NCBI GenBank assembly: GCA_964187785.1
Contig: OZ076416.1
Coordinates: forward strand, 38,874,001-38,938,000
Length of the DNA: 64,000 bases
Origin: Amphiscolops sp. MND2022
Lineage: Eukaryota
Direction: 5' to 3'
Shown: piece by piece, positions 26,429-38,250 of the stretch
Numbering within the stretch: the first letter of the stretch is position 1
How the letters are laid out: the number at the start of each line of letters is the position of its first letter
Position numbers and translations under genes: made by a program
Notes under the pieces: generated by a model
What the model saw: only the letters and a program-made list of their open reading frames with translations
Told to the model about the DNA's origin: nothing
Databases searched by the model: none

Positions 26429-27370
26429 ATGTGGATGGCGAAATATGACGTTTTGCTGTTCTTCGTTGACATTGCCATTGTTCTGCATTCACTGGGGCGG
26501 TTTTTCATGTCATTAGTCTGCAAAGCCAGGGTTTACATCAGAGGCAGGATACGGAATCTTCAATCTACCAAACCAGTTTTAAGCTGCCCTGAAAAGCAGA
26601 AGCAAGACGCCAAACAAGACAATGTACTAATGCATTCGCAGCAAATGAACATTCTGGGATCTCTGGCAACCAATTCATACTTAAACTTTGCTTACAATGC
26701 ACTTCTTGCTTTCGCAGTTGCTTCTTACATCTGTTTTACAACGTTAGCCACGGAATTGCTAGTTCTAGTTACCAGTTTATGGATATTCATCAGACGATAC
26801 TTAGTTTTGTGGGGTATAATCGCCAAATGCACCAGTCTGACAGTATTACATGGGAAAGCTAAGCGACTCGTGGAGCTGTCTACGAAGAAACTACCTCAAA
26901 ACATAACTTTCATCATCCCCAATCTGGATGCTAGAAAACTCGAGGATGTTGATGAGTCTCTCGAAATGTCTCTGAAATTTTGCAAACTTCTGCAAGTCAA
27001 TTCAGTCACATTATACTTTCCATTTGCAGTTGATAATAAACTGGAACGAAGAATTGTGAACGTGACCGAAAAGTTTCCCACCGTATCTTGTGTTTTTTCA
27101 ATAGCCGAATCCGAAGCCATCTTCCTACAAGCGCTTAGCACAGTCAAACCTGAATCGTTTGAAACATCTGATGTTACGAAACGAATGCATGGGTATCATG
27201 CAGACATGGTAATGGTTTGTGGAGGTTTGCCATCATTGTACGGCTACATTCCATGGCACACAAAATTGAGCGAGATCTTCTTTATGCCCGATTTTGAGCT
27301 ACTTGCAGTTGAAGACCTGGAAAGAGCTTTCACTTCTTTTCTATCTATTGAGCAACGTTTTGGTAAATGA
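26429..27370 (+). CDS. NUS1: Nogo-B receptor / cis-prenyltransferase subunit NUS1, copy 1 (start codon uncertain; alternative ATG at 26630)
   Basis: N-terminal hydrophobic segments, a cis-prenyltransferase-like C-terminus LYGYIPWHTKLSEIF, and the terminal RxG motif EQRFGK diagnostic of NgBR/Nus1. Confidence 0.85.
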   Translation: MWMAKYDVLLFFVDIAIVLHSLGRFFMSLVCKARVYIRGRIRNLQSTKPVLSCPEKQKQDAKQDNVLMHSQQMNILGSLATNSYLNFAYNALLAFAVASYICFTTLATELLVLVTSLWIFIRRYLVLWGIIAKCTSLTVLHGKAKRLVELSTKKLPQNITFIIPNLDARKLEDVDESLEMSLKFCKLLQVNSVTLYFPFAVDNKLERRIVNVTEKFPTVSCVFSIAESEAIFLQALSTVKPESFETSDVTKRMHGYHADMVMVCGGLPSLYGYIPWHTKLSEIFFMPDFELLAVEDLERAFTSFLSIEQRFGK

Positions 27371-28686
27371 GATTCATTCTTGATAAACTGGTTTAAGTGT
27401 AACCTCATTTAGTATCATTTGAATGTACTGATATTATAATTTGGTTTCTATTTATTTTGCCGATATTTTCCTTCATTAAAAATATTTATTTTATTCACCT
27501 ATCAAAGTTACCCTTGAACGTACTGCATGATATTAGTTTTTCAGTTTGATAGATTTCTTCTTAGAAACTAGCTATGACTGATAACAATGACTGATAACAC
27601 GTTTTTGACTACTTTTGGAAAATTATTGAGAATTGTCGCGCTTATTTGAAATAATCTTTACCAATGATAACGTTAAATACTAAGCTTTGGCCCTGGTTTC
27701 CTGAAAACAATTCGTCGTACCGCGGAAGTGTTCCTGGCCGTCTGAATTTTCCTAATGATCAACCGTTCTCCCTGAGATTTTTGAGAAAATTTCGTGCTGA
27801 GATACTAGTGAAAAGCGGGATAATTCATCGTCCATAAATTAGTTGAGAACAAAATTCTCGGATTAATACCATACAGTTTTTTGAGCATGTAATCTAACTG
27901 GACTTTTCCTCTGGGAAAATGATCCTTCTTTTTATGATTCCTCTCCGTCAGCGAATCTATAACGGAATGAGAACGCTGTCTGTAATATCAATTTGTGCAA
28001 ATATTGGAAGCTAAGTAATTTTGGAAGCAACCTTGTTTAACTGCTTTATTGGGTCTGGAACTGCAGTGAGAACAATTTACATGCGTCAGTAGTTAATCTC
28101 GCAATTGATTCACAGTGTCACTTAGCCAGACATGCAATGCTGGGTGCTTAATGAAAAATGTTATTACTTGGATGATGCGTGCCCAAAAAAGGGAGAGTTA
28201 TAAAGTGAAACCTATAAAAATTGTCTACGACTGGGCCTTCTTCATAACAATCCGCTAGTCTATTATTTCTCTTAGTACTACACTTATTGTAAGCCGGCGA
28301 TAACGTCGTTCGTTCGATACACTTATAACGTTAGATATTGTTCCGCCGTACTATACAAGGAAAGCATGAAATCATTGTTGTAACGTCTTCCTGATATAGA
28401 GTCATTCCGATCCGACTTAAGCCGTCGTTATATCCAGATTATACTCTAACGACGTGTCTTTTTCATTGAAGATTCTAGGGATATCGGCGAACCAGATACG
28501 ATTACGTAATGTTTTTTCCGGTTCAGAATTTGTAAAGTTTTGCAAAAATCAATCAGTTTCGGCGCCGTGGGAATCCTCGCATTCATACAAAGAGAAAGAG
28601 AGAGTTAGATACAGTTCCTGGTTTTATATGCGTTATGTATTTGAAGCCACTTGCCTATTTTCTATGAGGAACATTTTGTAGATTGT

Positions 28687-29628
28687 ATGTGGATGGCGAA
28701 ATATGACGTTTTGCTGTTCTTCGTTGACATTGCCATTGTTCTGCATTCACTGGGGCGGTTTTTCATGTCATTAGTCTGCAAAGCCAGGGTTTACATCAGA
28801 GGCAGGATACGGAATCTTCAATCTACCAAACCAGTTTTAAGCTGCCCTGAAAAGCAGAAGCAAGACGCCAAACAAGACAATGTACTAATGCATTCGCAGC
28901 AAATGAACATTCTGGGATCTCTGGCAACCAATTCATACTTAAACTTTGCTTACAATGCACTTCTTGCTTTCGCAGTTGCTTCTTACATCTGTTTTACAAC
29001 GTTAGCCACGGAATTGCTAGTTCTAGTTACCAGTTTATGGATATTCATCAGACGATACTTAGTTTTGTGGGGTATAATCGCCAAATGCACCAGTCTGACA
29101 GTATTACATGGGAAAGCTAAGCGACTCGTGGAGCTGTCTACGAAGAAACTACCTCAAAACATAACTTTCATCATCCCCAATCTGGATGCTAGAAAACTCG
29201 AGGATGTTGATGAGTCTCTCGAAATGTCTCTGAAATTTTGCAAACTTCTGCAAGTCAATTCAGTCACATTATACTTTCCATTTGCAGTTGATAATAAACT
29301 GGAACGAAGAATTGTGAACGTGACCGAAAAGTTTCCCACCGTATCTTGTGTTTTTTCAATAGCCGAATCCGAAGCCATCTTCCTACAAGCGCTTAGCACA
29401 GTCAAACCTGAATCGTTTGAAACATCTGATGTTACGAAACGAATGCATGGGTATCATGCAGACATGGTAATGGTTTGTGGAGGTTTGCCATCATTGTACG
29501 GCTACATTCCATGGCACACAAAATTGAGCGAGATCTTCTTTATGCCCGATTTTGAGCTACTTGCAGTTGAAGACCTGGAAAGAGCTTTCACTTCTTTTCT
29601 ATCTATTGAGCAACGTTTTGGTAAATGA
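28687..29628 (+). CDS. NUS1: NUS1 copy 2 (translation identical to copy 1)
   Basis: Same ORF at offset 2258, with identical translation in the ORF track. Confidence 0.8.
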   Translation: MWMAKYDVLLFFVDIAIVLHSLGRFFMSLVCKARVYIRGRIRNLQSTKPVLSCPEKQKQDAKQDNVLMHSQQMNILGSLATNSYLNFAYNALLAFAVASYICFTTLATELLVLVTSLWIFIRRYLVLWGIIAKCTSLTVLHGKAKRLVELSTKKLPQNITFIIPNLDARKLEDVDESLEMSLKFCKLLQVNSVTLYFPFAVDNKLERRIVNVTEKFPTVSCVFSIAESEAIFLQALSTVKPESFETSDVTKRMHGYHADMVMVCGGLPSLYGYIPWHTKLSEIFFMPDFELLAVEDLERAFTSFLSIEQRFGK

Positions 29629-31065
29629 GATTCATTCTTGATAAACTGGTTTAAGTGTAACCTCATTTAGTATCATTTGAATGTACTGATATTATAATTT
29701 GGTTTCTATTTATTTTGCCGATATTTTCCTTCATTAAAAATATTTATTTTATTCACCTATCAAAGTTACCCTTGAACGTACTGCATGATATTAGTTTTTC
29801 AGTTTGATAGATTTCTTCTTAGAAACTAGCTATGACTGATAACAATGACTGATAACACGTTTTTGACTACTTTTGGAAAATTATTGAGAATTGTCGCGCT
29901 TATTTGAAATAATCTTTACCAATGATAACGTTAAATACTAAGCTTTGGCCCTGGTTTCCTGAAAACAATTCGTCGTACCGCGGAAGTGTTCCTGGCCGTC
30001 TGAATTTTCCTAATGATCAACCGTTCTCCCTGAGATTTTTGAGAAAATTTCGTGCTGAGATACTAGTGAAAAGCGGGATAATTCATCGTCCATAAATTAG
30101 TTGAGAACAAAATTCTCGGATTAATACCATACAGTTTTTTGAGCATGTAATCTAACTGGACTTTTCCTCTGGGAAAATGATCCTTCTTTTTATGATTCCT
30201 CTCCGTCAGCGAATCTATAACGGAATGAGAACGCTGTCTGTAATATCAATTTGTGCAAATATTGGAAGCTAAGTAATTTTGGAAGCAACCTTGTTTAACT
30301 GCTTTATTGGGTCTGGAACTGCAGTGAGAACAATTTACATGCGTCAGTAGTTAATCTCGCAATTGATTCACAGTGTCACTTAGCCAGACATGCAATGCTG
30401 GGTGCTTAATGAAAAATGTTATTACTTGGATGATGCGTGCCCAAAAAAGGGAGAGAAATGAACATTAAGCATGGAAAAAGGAGTTCACCCCATTTTCATC
30501 TTATTATCTCTGGTCGCGCCTCGTAGCCTTTCCTCCTCTCCCTGCGAAGCTCTCGCCCATAAATATGGCGGCCACACAAAGCCATTTATGGGCACGTGTT
30601 TGTTCAGCAATTGATTGCCTCATATGTTGATTGGTTTACAGCCGCATTTGCACTTGCAAGGTCGAGCAACGTTTGAACAGAAGCAACTTCCAAATCCATA
30701 AAAATGTCACTGTTATAACAAGCAGGTGCAAGCACTGCCTCATTCATGTCGACCAGTTTGCATTTCTGGCTATTCACAACTAGGGAGGCTTGATATTTTG
30801 CTGAGGTTTACGTTAGAAAATCCAAAAAGACAGTTGAACTATGCTTGTTTGGAAGCTGTCGGAAATTGAACTGTCTTAAGCTGTAAATGCATTTAAACGA
30901 TCACTTTTTTGTACGTTATATCTAGAAATTCCATTATTTTTTGATGAGAAAAATTGGATCTATGCAGAATTCGTACCCATGTCCTCCTGCTTCCTCGGCG
31001 AGCGTTCTAGCCACGAAGCCATCCGGTCTAACATCTAAAGCAATTCAGTATAACATAAGTATTCA

Positions 31066-31918
31066 TTACACTTGCGATAAGCAAGTGTTATGGGAAAGTG
31101 CGGGTGCTTTTTTTCCGCTCGACAACTCTCTCGTTTCAGAGCGCAAGTCGCATAGTCTGAATTTGTGGCCGTGCAAGTCGCAACTTCTGGCACTTGGCAT
31201 AGGGGTTAATTAGGATTTTTTGAGGTCTGCCAAGCAGAAGGACGTGGGTTCGAGTCTCGCCCTTGACCAAAATTTTTTGTGCATGTTATTTCTGCTTTGT
31301 GACTTTTTTTCGCAAATTCTTTCAATGTCCCCAAAGGGTCCCCCTTCATTTTTTTCTATTTTGCAAAAGAATGGATGTTAAAAAATCTCAAAGTGCCCCC
31401 CTTTTACAGTTTTCGGCAATGTGAGATTTTTCAAATCGAATAATTTTTGTCTTAAAATTAGGTTTTCTCAGGCCCAGCACGCTATATCCGATTTTTGTTT
31501 TTTTTTAAAGACCGCTGTTTTTTCTATGCGACTTTTTTTTCTAATTTGTTTTTATCGAAGCCCCCTCAATTTTTACTAGAAACGAAACGTTTTGCGAGTA
31601 TGAAGCACTGCTCAAGGTTTTCGGCACTATGCGACTTGCCGGAGACCTTCATCAAAAAAATTTTCGAATTTTTTTTCCCTCAATTTTCTGTTTTTTAAAG
31701 GTTTACGGTTGAGAAAGATGGGTTTTCTGTTGTTTCCAGTTGGAGAAGAATTGTTTTTGAGATTTATGGATATCCCTTCGGGATTTTTTAGCGTAATATT
31801 GATGAAATTTTAACAATAATGTCCTTTCAGCCTTGGCTCTCCGTATGATATTGCTTATTTGTGTTGCTTCAAAAGTTCGCAACTTTCTTCGCAAGTGTTT
31901 GCGAAGCACGGCTTCGCC
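31066..31918 (+). mobile_element. Non-autonomous repeat with subterminal inverted repeats/hairpins (Helentron/HINE-like) and a tRNA-Gly-like segment
   Basis: Starts ACACTTGC-gataa-GCAAGTGT (hairpin) and ends TTCGCAAGTGTTTGCGAA-gcacggcttcgc. Box-B-like GGTTCGAGTC at ~31247. Homologous copy at 62306-63220. Confidence 0.6.
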
Positions 31919-34900
31919 TCTGTGTAGAATGTGGTCACTAAAAAGAGCTGGAAAAAACATGCCACTGCAAGAATTTTGTACTTTTTTCAAACAAGCTGAC
32001 GAAAGTATTCTTCCGCTTATCCTTTTATCCTTTACATCACCTACTTCGAAAATTTTGGATAAAGCGCATTTTGTTATTTACGTTATGGCCCAAAAATTTA
32101 GTTAGTTTGGAAGCGAACAAAAGTTTGAAAACGAATAAATTTGAACTCCAATCAATATGACAAAATAAATCAATTATAAAGTCAGCAATTCGAACATGCT
32201 TTCTTCATCGTAGTAAACATTCGAAATAGGTTGTATCATTGCTCAAGTTAAAGAAGCTCGACACGGCTTTGTTGTTAACTCCCGCACTTGGGAAACTGAG
32301 GCGAGAAACAATATCAAAGTGCAAGGACGAAAAAATTTAAAAGGAAGCTTTCAGGGTGGAAAAAGACGTTCTTGACTGCTAACCTCAAAGGTACTCAAGT
32401 TTGTGACTTGGAAGATTCTTATTGGAGAAGTCGCACATTGCCGGAATTACCCCGAGATATGACCTTTTGGCCTCGAAAAGCGTTTTTTTAACAGAGAACA
32501 TTGAAAAAATTCATGAGGGAACCTCTAATGAAAATGAATTTGGTATAGTTGTAGTTCCAAAAAAGCCATAGGTCTTTCCCATATACTTAGAAACAAATAC
32601 TGCGGTCATCAGTCCCACAGATTCGAAAAGTAACCAAAGAGATGACCTCTATACACGAATGGTTTTTCCTTCACAGAAAACAGTTCAGTAACAGATGGTA
32701 CTCATCCGGAACACTGTAGGACACACATAGGTGACAAGTTTCAATCAAGGATTTCCGTATCACCATATAAACAGGACGCAAAGCAGCAGACGAACACCTA
32801 AAATTTGTTAGTTTTACCCTTTCAGGTCCTCTGATTATTTTCAAATAGCGTTCGAGTTCTAGTCGATGCTTATATAGGCGGTAATTTTCACAAAGTGGGT
32901 TCGCTTATTATGATTGAAAAGCTAAATCTTAACATTTTCTTTTAAAATTTTGAACTCGTTGTCAGAGACGAACATGCATTATTTTTTGCCATCGGTACCC
33001 CGCAATTTTTAGATTCCTGACTGTCATGGTGTGACAACTTTGCAGTTGTCTAATCAAAGGCGAATTACACACGATAAACGTATCATCTGATGCAATCAGT
33101 TTTTTTCCAAAAGTTGACCATTCGCTTTTAGAGAGTAATTATTTCATGCCTACCGAGTTTTCCATAACCCATAGCGTTGGACTAACTTTTCCTGGCCTTC
33201 AAAATGAGTCGTGGAAAATTCCTGTGGTAAACTTCAATTTGCTCCAATTTTTCGTAGCCCCATAGTTTGCATCCTTATAAAAGAATTGGGGACATTACGG
33301 AATCGAACAGCTGTGTAGACGTAATTCGATCGCATGATCAATTTTACCAAGCAAAATTTCCTTGTTTGAAGAGAGTTTTCTCATCCTCATCTGTGTTGTT
33401 TCATCGCAGCCTGGAAAGTATTGTTATACTTGAAGACTTAAAGTAACAGGGAGAAGTAACATTTTTCCTTCAAGAAAACGAAAGATGGTAAAGTATAACG
33501 TCATTGTAGAAATTCTTGTTTGTAGATTCTGTTGATCACTGAATGTCATTAATTCGCGAAACGTTTCTTTCTGAAATCCAGTATCATTATCCCACAGTGA
33601 AGCATTAACTTATCGTTGATAGTGATTTGACTACATAGATACAGATTTGAAGACAGTATATTTTTCAATGATGGAAACAAATTAGGTCAAGTTGATAATC
33701 ATCATTAGTGCCCAATCCTATTCTTGAAAGTTTTGTATCTATGTCAGGAATAAAGTAGTAGAATTTAATGGTGTTTTAGAAATTCTTTTGAGCGCCTTCA
33801 CAGCTGAATTTTTTAACTTCAAATTGTCGTGGGCAACTTCTGTTTTTCTAAATCTATGTCAAAATATCAACATGTGAAAAAATCTGAAAAGGAAACCATA
33901 ATATTGCATTATCAAGATCCTAATTACCTATTTTCTTTTCCGCTGAAACGGAAAAGCTTCGCCTCTGTGTAGAATGTGGTCACTAAGAAGAGCTGGAAAA
34001 AACATGCCACTGCAAGAATTTTGTACTTTTTTCAAACAAGCTGACGAAAGTATTCTTCCGCTTATCCTTTTATCCTTTACATCACCTACTTCGAAAATTT
34101 TGGATAAAGCGCATTTTGTTATTTACGTTATGGCCCAAAAATTTAGTTAGTTTGGAAGCGAACAAAAGTTTGAAAACGAATAATTTTGAACTCCAATCAA
34201 TATGACAAAATAAATCAATTATAAAGTCAGCAATTCGAACATAGTGCTTTCTTCATCGTAGTAAACATTCGAAATAGGTTGTATCATTGCTCAAGTTAAA
34301 GAAGCTCGACACGGCTTTGTTGTTAACTCCCGCACTTGGGAAACTGAGGCGAGAAACAATATCAAAGTGCAAGGACGAAAAAATTTAAAAGGAAGCTTTC
34401 AGGGTGGAAAAAGACGTTCTTGACTGCTAACCTCAAAGGTACTCAAGTTTGTGACTTGGAAGATTCTTATTGGAGAAGTCGCACATTGCCGAAATTACCC
34501 CGAGATATAACCTTTTGGCCTCGAAAAGCGTTTTTTTAACAGAACATTGAAAAAATTCATGAGGGAACCTCTAATGAAAATGAATTTGGTATAGTTGTAG
34601 TTCCAAAAAAGCCATAGGTCTTTCCCATATACTTAGAAACAAATACTGCGGTCATCAGTCCCACAGATTCGAAAAGTAACCAAAGAGATGACCTCTATAC
34701 ACGAATGGTTTTTCCTTCACAGAAAACAGTTCAGTAACAGATGGTACTCATCCGGAACACTGTAGGACACACATAGGTGACAAGTTTCAATCAAGGATTT
34801 CCGTATCACCATATAAACAGGACGCAAAGCAGCAGACGAACACCTAAAATTTGTTAGTTTTACCCTTTCAGGTCCTCTGATTATTTTCAAATAGCGTTCG

Positions 34901-35689
34901 AGTTCTAGTCGATGCTTATATAGGCGGTAATTTTCACAAAGTGGGTTCGCTTATTATGATTGAAAAGCTAAATCTTAACATTTTCTTTTAAAATTTTGAA
35001 CTCGTTGTCAGAGACGAACATGCATTATTTTTTGCCATCGGTACCCCGCAATTTTTAGATTCCTGACTGTCATGGTGTGACAACTTTGCAGTTGTCTAAC
35101 CAAAGGCGAATTACACACGATAAACGTATCATCTGATGCAATCAGTTTTTTTTCCAAAAGTTGACCATTCGCTTTTAGAGAGTAATTATTTCATGCCTAC
35201 CGAGTTTTCCATAACCCATAGCGTTGGACTAACTTTTTCTGGCCTTCAAAATGAGTCGTGGAAAATTCCTGTGGTAAACTTCAGTTTGCTCCAATTTTTC
35301 GTAGCCCCATAGTTTGCATCCTTATAAAAGAATTGGGGACATTACGGAATCGAACAGCTGTGTAGACGTAATTCGATCGCAAGATCAATTTTACCAAGCA
35401 AAATTTCCTTGTTTGAAGAGAGTTTTCTCATCCTCATCTGTGTTGTTTCATCGCAGCCTGGAAAGTATTGTTATACTTGAAGACTTAAAGTAACAGGGAG
35501 AAGTAACATTTTTCCTTCAAGAAAACGAAAGATGGTAAAGTATAACGTCATTGTAGAAATTCTTGTTTGTAGATTCTGTTGATCACTGAATGTCATTAAT
35601 TCGCGAAACGTTTCTTTCTGAAATCCAGTATCATTATCCCACAGTGAAGCATTAACTTATCGTTGATGGTGATTTGACTACATAGATAC
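31911..35689. repeat. ~2,045-bp tandem duplication (copy 1 31911-33950; copy 2 33956-35689, resuming at 55431-55738 after the LTR insertion)
   Basis: gcttcgcctctgtgtagaatg at 31911 and 33956; both copies end ttttccgctgaaacg (33950, 55738). Roughly 15 small differences seen by eye, and a 5-nt filler gaaaa at the junction. Confidence 0.93.
32400..33950 (-). pseudogene. Heavily degraded LINE ORF2 3' half inside the duplicated unit
   Basis: Minus-strand remnants KLTNFRCS...DEYHLLLNC (~32680-32830) resemble the C-terminal cysteine region of L1/Tx1/RTE-X-like ORF2. Many stops. Confidence 0.4.
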
Positions 35690-37215
35690 TGTCGCGTTAT
35701 GACTAACGCTTTAACAAACATAAGTAGGTGCTAAAGTGCAGTCTATATTTGACTAACAAATACAGAAACAAACATGAACTAGAACTAACGTTTGTTTATG
35801 GGGAAGAGAGTTGTAGATAAAGATGGCGGCCATAAGGCGGCGGCCATAACGTGGTAATAATGATGATGAAGTACTGTGACGAGAAAGGAATTGCACAAGT
35901 GAAGAATTCTATATTATACCGCGTATATTTGAAATACGAAAACAGCTATGATTGGTGGCATGTAAACCATGCCTGCTACGCAGCACACGATAAGAAATGC
36001 TTGGCTGTATATATATGGCCAACGCAGGCGAGGAGATTCATTCACTTATCGAAACGGACAGAGCTTAAACTTAATAGCTCTCGTTTCTCTTCACTTCTCT
36101 TCCACTTCTCTCCCCTCACCCCTGCTCTTCTTTCTTACTTTACCCCCTTTCCTCTCCCTTTACTATTATCTTCCCCTTCAGACTTAGAAGGTCTATTTCT
36201 CGCCTTCACTTTCAATTCCGATTGCTATCTAACTCAACAAAACTTCTTGCTTAATAACTCAGATCCAATAATTCTCTTTTAATCATACCCTTGCATCTTA
36301 AAATATTTCTCCACTCATCCTTGATTTAACTTCAACTTCCAGAACCAATCTTCCCTTAAAAGAAATTTCTAACTTAGAAATTTCTCTTCAATTTCGTCTC
36401 CGGTTTGGTGAGTCTGACTATTTAGACCTTTCAGTAGAGATTTCACTCTCTCTGAGACTTTAACTTAGACTATTTTCCGCTGATTTAAACTCGGCGGTTT
36501 CCAAAACCTTAACTTAGACTATTTTCCGCTGATTTCAATTCTGCGGTTGACCAAACTTTAGCTTAGACTATTCTTATTAGAACTAAAATTCTATGAGGTT
36601 GAAGTTACATAAACTCACATAAGAAAAGAGATGATTGAAGTTTTAAAGTGTCATATTATGAAAAAGTCTTATTGCTATTCAACTTTCTACTGAATAGAGA
36701 CATCTAAATCAAAACTCTTCCGTTTACAATAGTACGGATTTGTAAATTTTGTTTGAGAAAAAGATTTCCGAAGAAAAAGGGAAATTCTTATTATTTGTAA
36801 ATAGTTTCATTTTCTTAAATGATAAATTGTAAAAGTTATATTACTTCTTCTTGTAAAGTGAAGTTGTAATCTTTATTAATCTGAGATTTGTAACAATTGA
36901 AAGAAATATTGCTATGTCCAGAAATTGTTCACTTTCAATATTCTCAACTCATTCGTAATTAAACATATTTATTCACCATACATTTTCAGTAAACGGGAAG
37001 CTCATTTACAAACACCGCCTTGCGCGACTCACGCAATTTCTTTTGTTCGCACGTACACGCAAGGCACCCCTTTATCAGTAAGTTGCTAATTTATTTGTTG
37101 GGACTTATACTTGTTAAATCAATAACAGAACCGTCGCGAGATAGTACCTTGTAAAATGCAAACAAGGACTTGACAGATTAAAACTAATAAACAAATTTCA
37201 CCCATGCGTGCGACA
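35690..37215 (+). repeat. 5' LTR (1,526 bp)
   Basis: Direct repeat of 53901-55426 with about seven substitutions seen by eye. TG...CA ends, YY1-like AAGATGGCGG at 35820, AATAAA at 37186. Confidence 0.97.
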
Positions 37216-37218
37216 AAC

Positions 37219-37235
37219 TGGTGCGACCAGTGAGG
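37219..37235 (+). promoter_or_regulatory. Primer-binding site
   Basis: TGGTGCGACCAGTGAGG begins 3 nt after the 5' LTR. Its complement CCTCACTGGTCGCACCA ends in CCA like a tRNA 3' end; the tRNA identity is not determined. Confidence 0.75.
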
Positions 37236-38250
37236 CACCTTTTTCTCTTGTAATAGAGAAGTAAATGAGCTTTCTGTTAGAATCCCTACTCTCAGAAGTA
37301 AGGGTTAATTACTTATTTCTCTTAACATTACTTCTAATTTTCTTCTTTCTCCTACTGCCTCAATATGTGGCTTCTCTAATCTATATAAATCGTAAAACTA
37401 CTAGTAAATACTCTAACAGAATCTCTCCAGCCTAACAGCTTTCGGAAGAGTTTATGCACTACTTTTTCTTTCAATCCCCAAAACCATTTGTTAGAAATGA
37501 TTTACCTTTACGAAAATACTATGAGATTACAGTCAGTCCTAAACAAGAATGAAACTGACTCTATACGCTTTATTTAAAGGCACAGTTGGGAAATACACTC
37601 TAGTCCGGACGGACACAAATTAAGTAAAAGCCCGCCTAGGTCTCCTCGGAGGCTGTTTGAAGGCCGTGAGCCCAGTGGGTATCTTGGAACCTATGTAGCA
37701 TTCCGAGTGGGAAACCTAGTATTCTAGTGATAGTACCCAAGTGATTGCATGATAGTGATCTGGGCCCCACGCACTTAATCCTAAAGACGAGAGTAACTCC
37801 CTCTGTGAACTAGCCGTAGTTATTTTCCTAAAATTAAAGAAAGGCTCAACGAGCGGATGAAAGACCTAGTGGACTGACTGTACTCTTCATAGGTTTTCTT
37901 TGGGTTAACTCGGAGGATTAGTATACCCCGAACTACCCTTTTTACGATAATCTCAACACTAGTGGGATTTGTAAGTATCCCCTAAACTTTGGAATCAGAG
38001 TACGAAATACCGTAAATGAGCCTAACTTCGACTGAGAAGTGCTATTTTCATTTTTGCTAGCAGTGTATTAAGGATTTTATGATTTGTCAGACCTGTCTAA
38101 TAATTATCACTATTAGAATCATAGTACAAACAATTTTTACTTTAACTCTTTGCTGTTATTCTCAAAAGCCAAGAGTATCATACCTCACAGAGTCTTTGGC
38201 TTATTGTTCTTTGCTTCATCTTCTATCCTTTATAATCTCAATAGCTCACA

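Larger units (their letters stand above)
25938..30455. repeat. 2,258-bp direct tandem duplication containing NUS1
   Basis: agttataaagtgaaacc at 25938 and 28196; both copies end ...cccaaaaaagggagag (28197, 30455). AG microhomology at the junction; no differences seen by eye. Confidence 0.95.

Noticed and set aside
27650-28190. Coding-looking minus-strand stretch downstream of NUS1
   Set aside because: All frames have frequent stops and there is no recognisable motif; cannot be supported.
35851-36282. 143-aa ORF in each LTR (also 54062-54493)
   Set aside because: GTG start, runs through a CT-rich low-complexity tract, and has no motif; its identity between LTRs only reflects LTR age.
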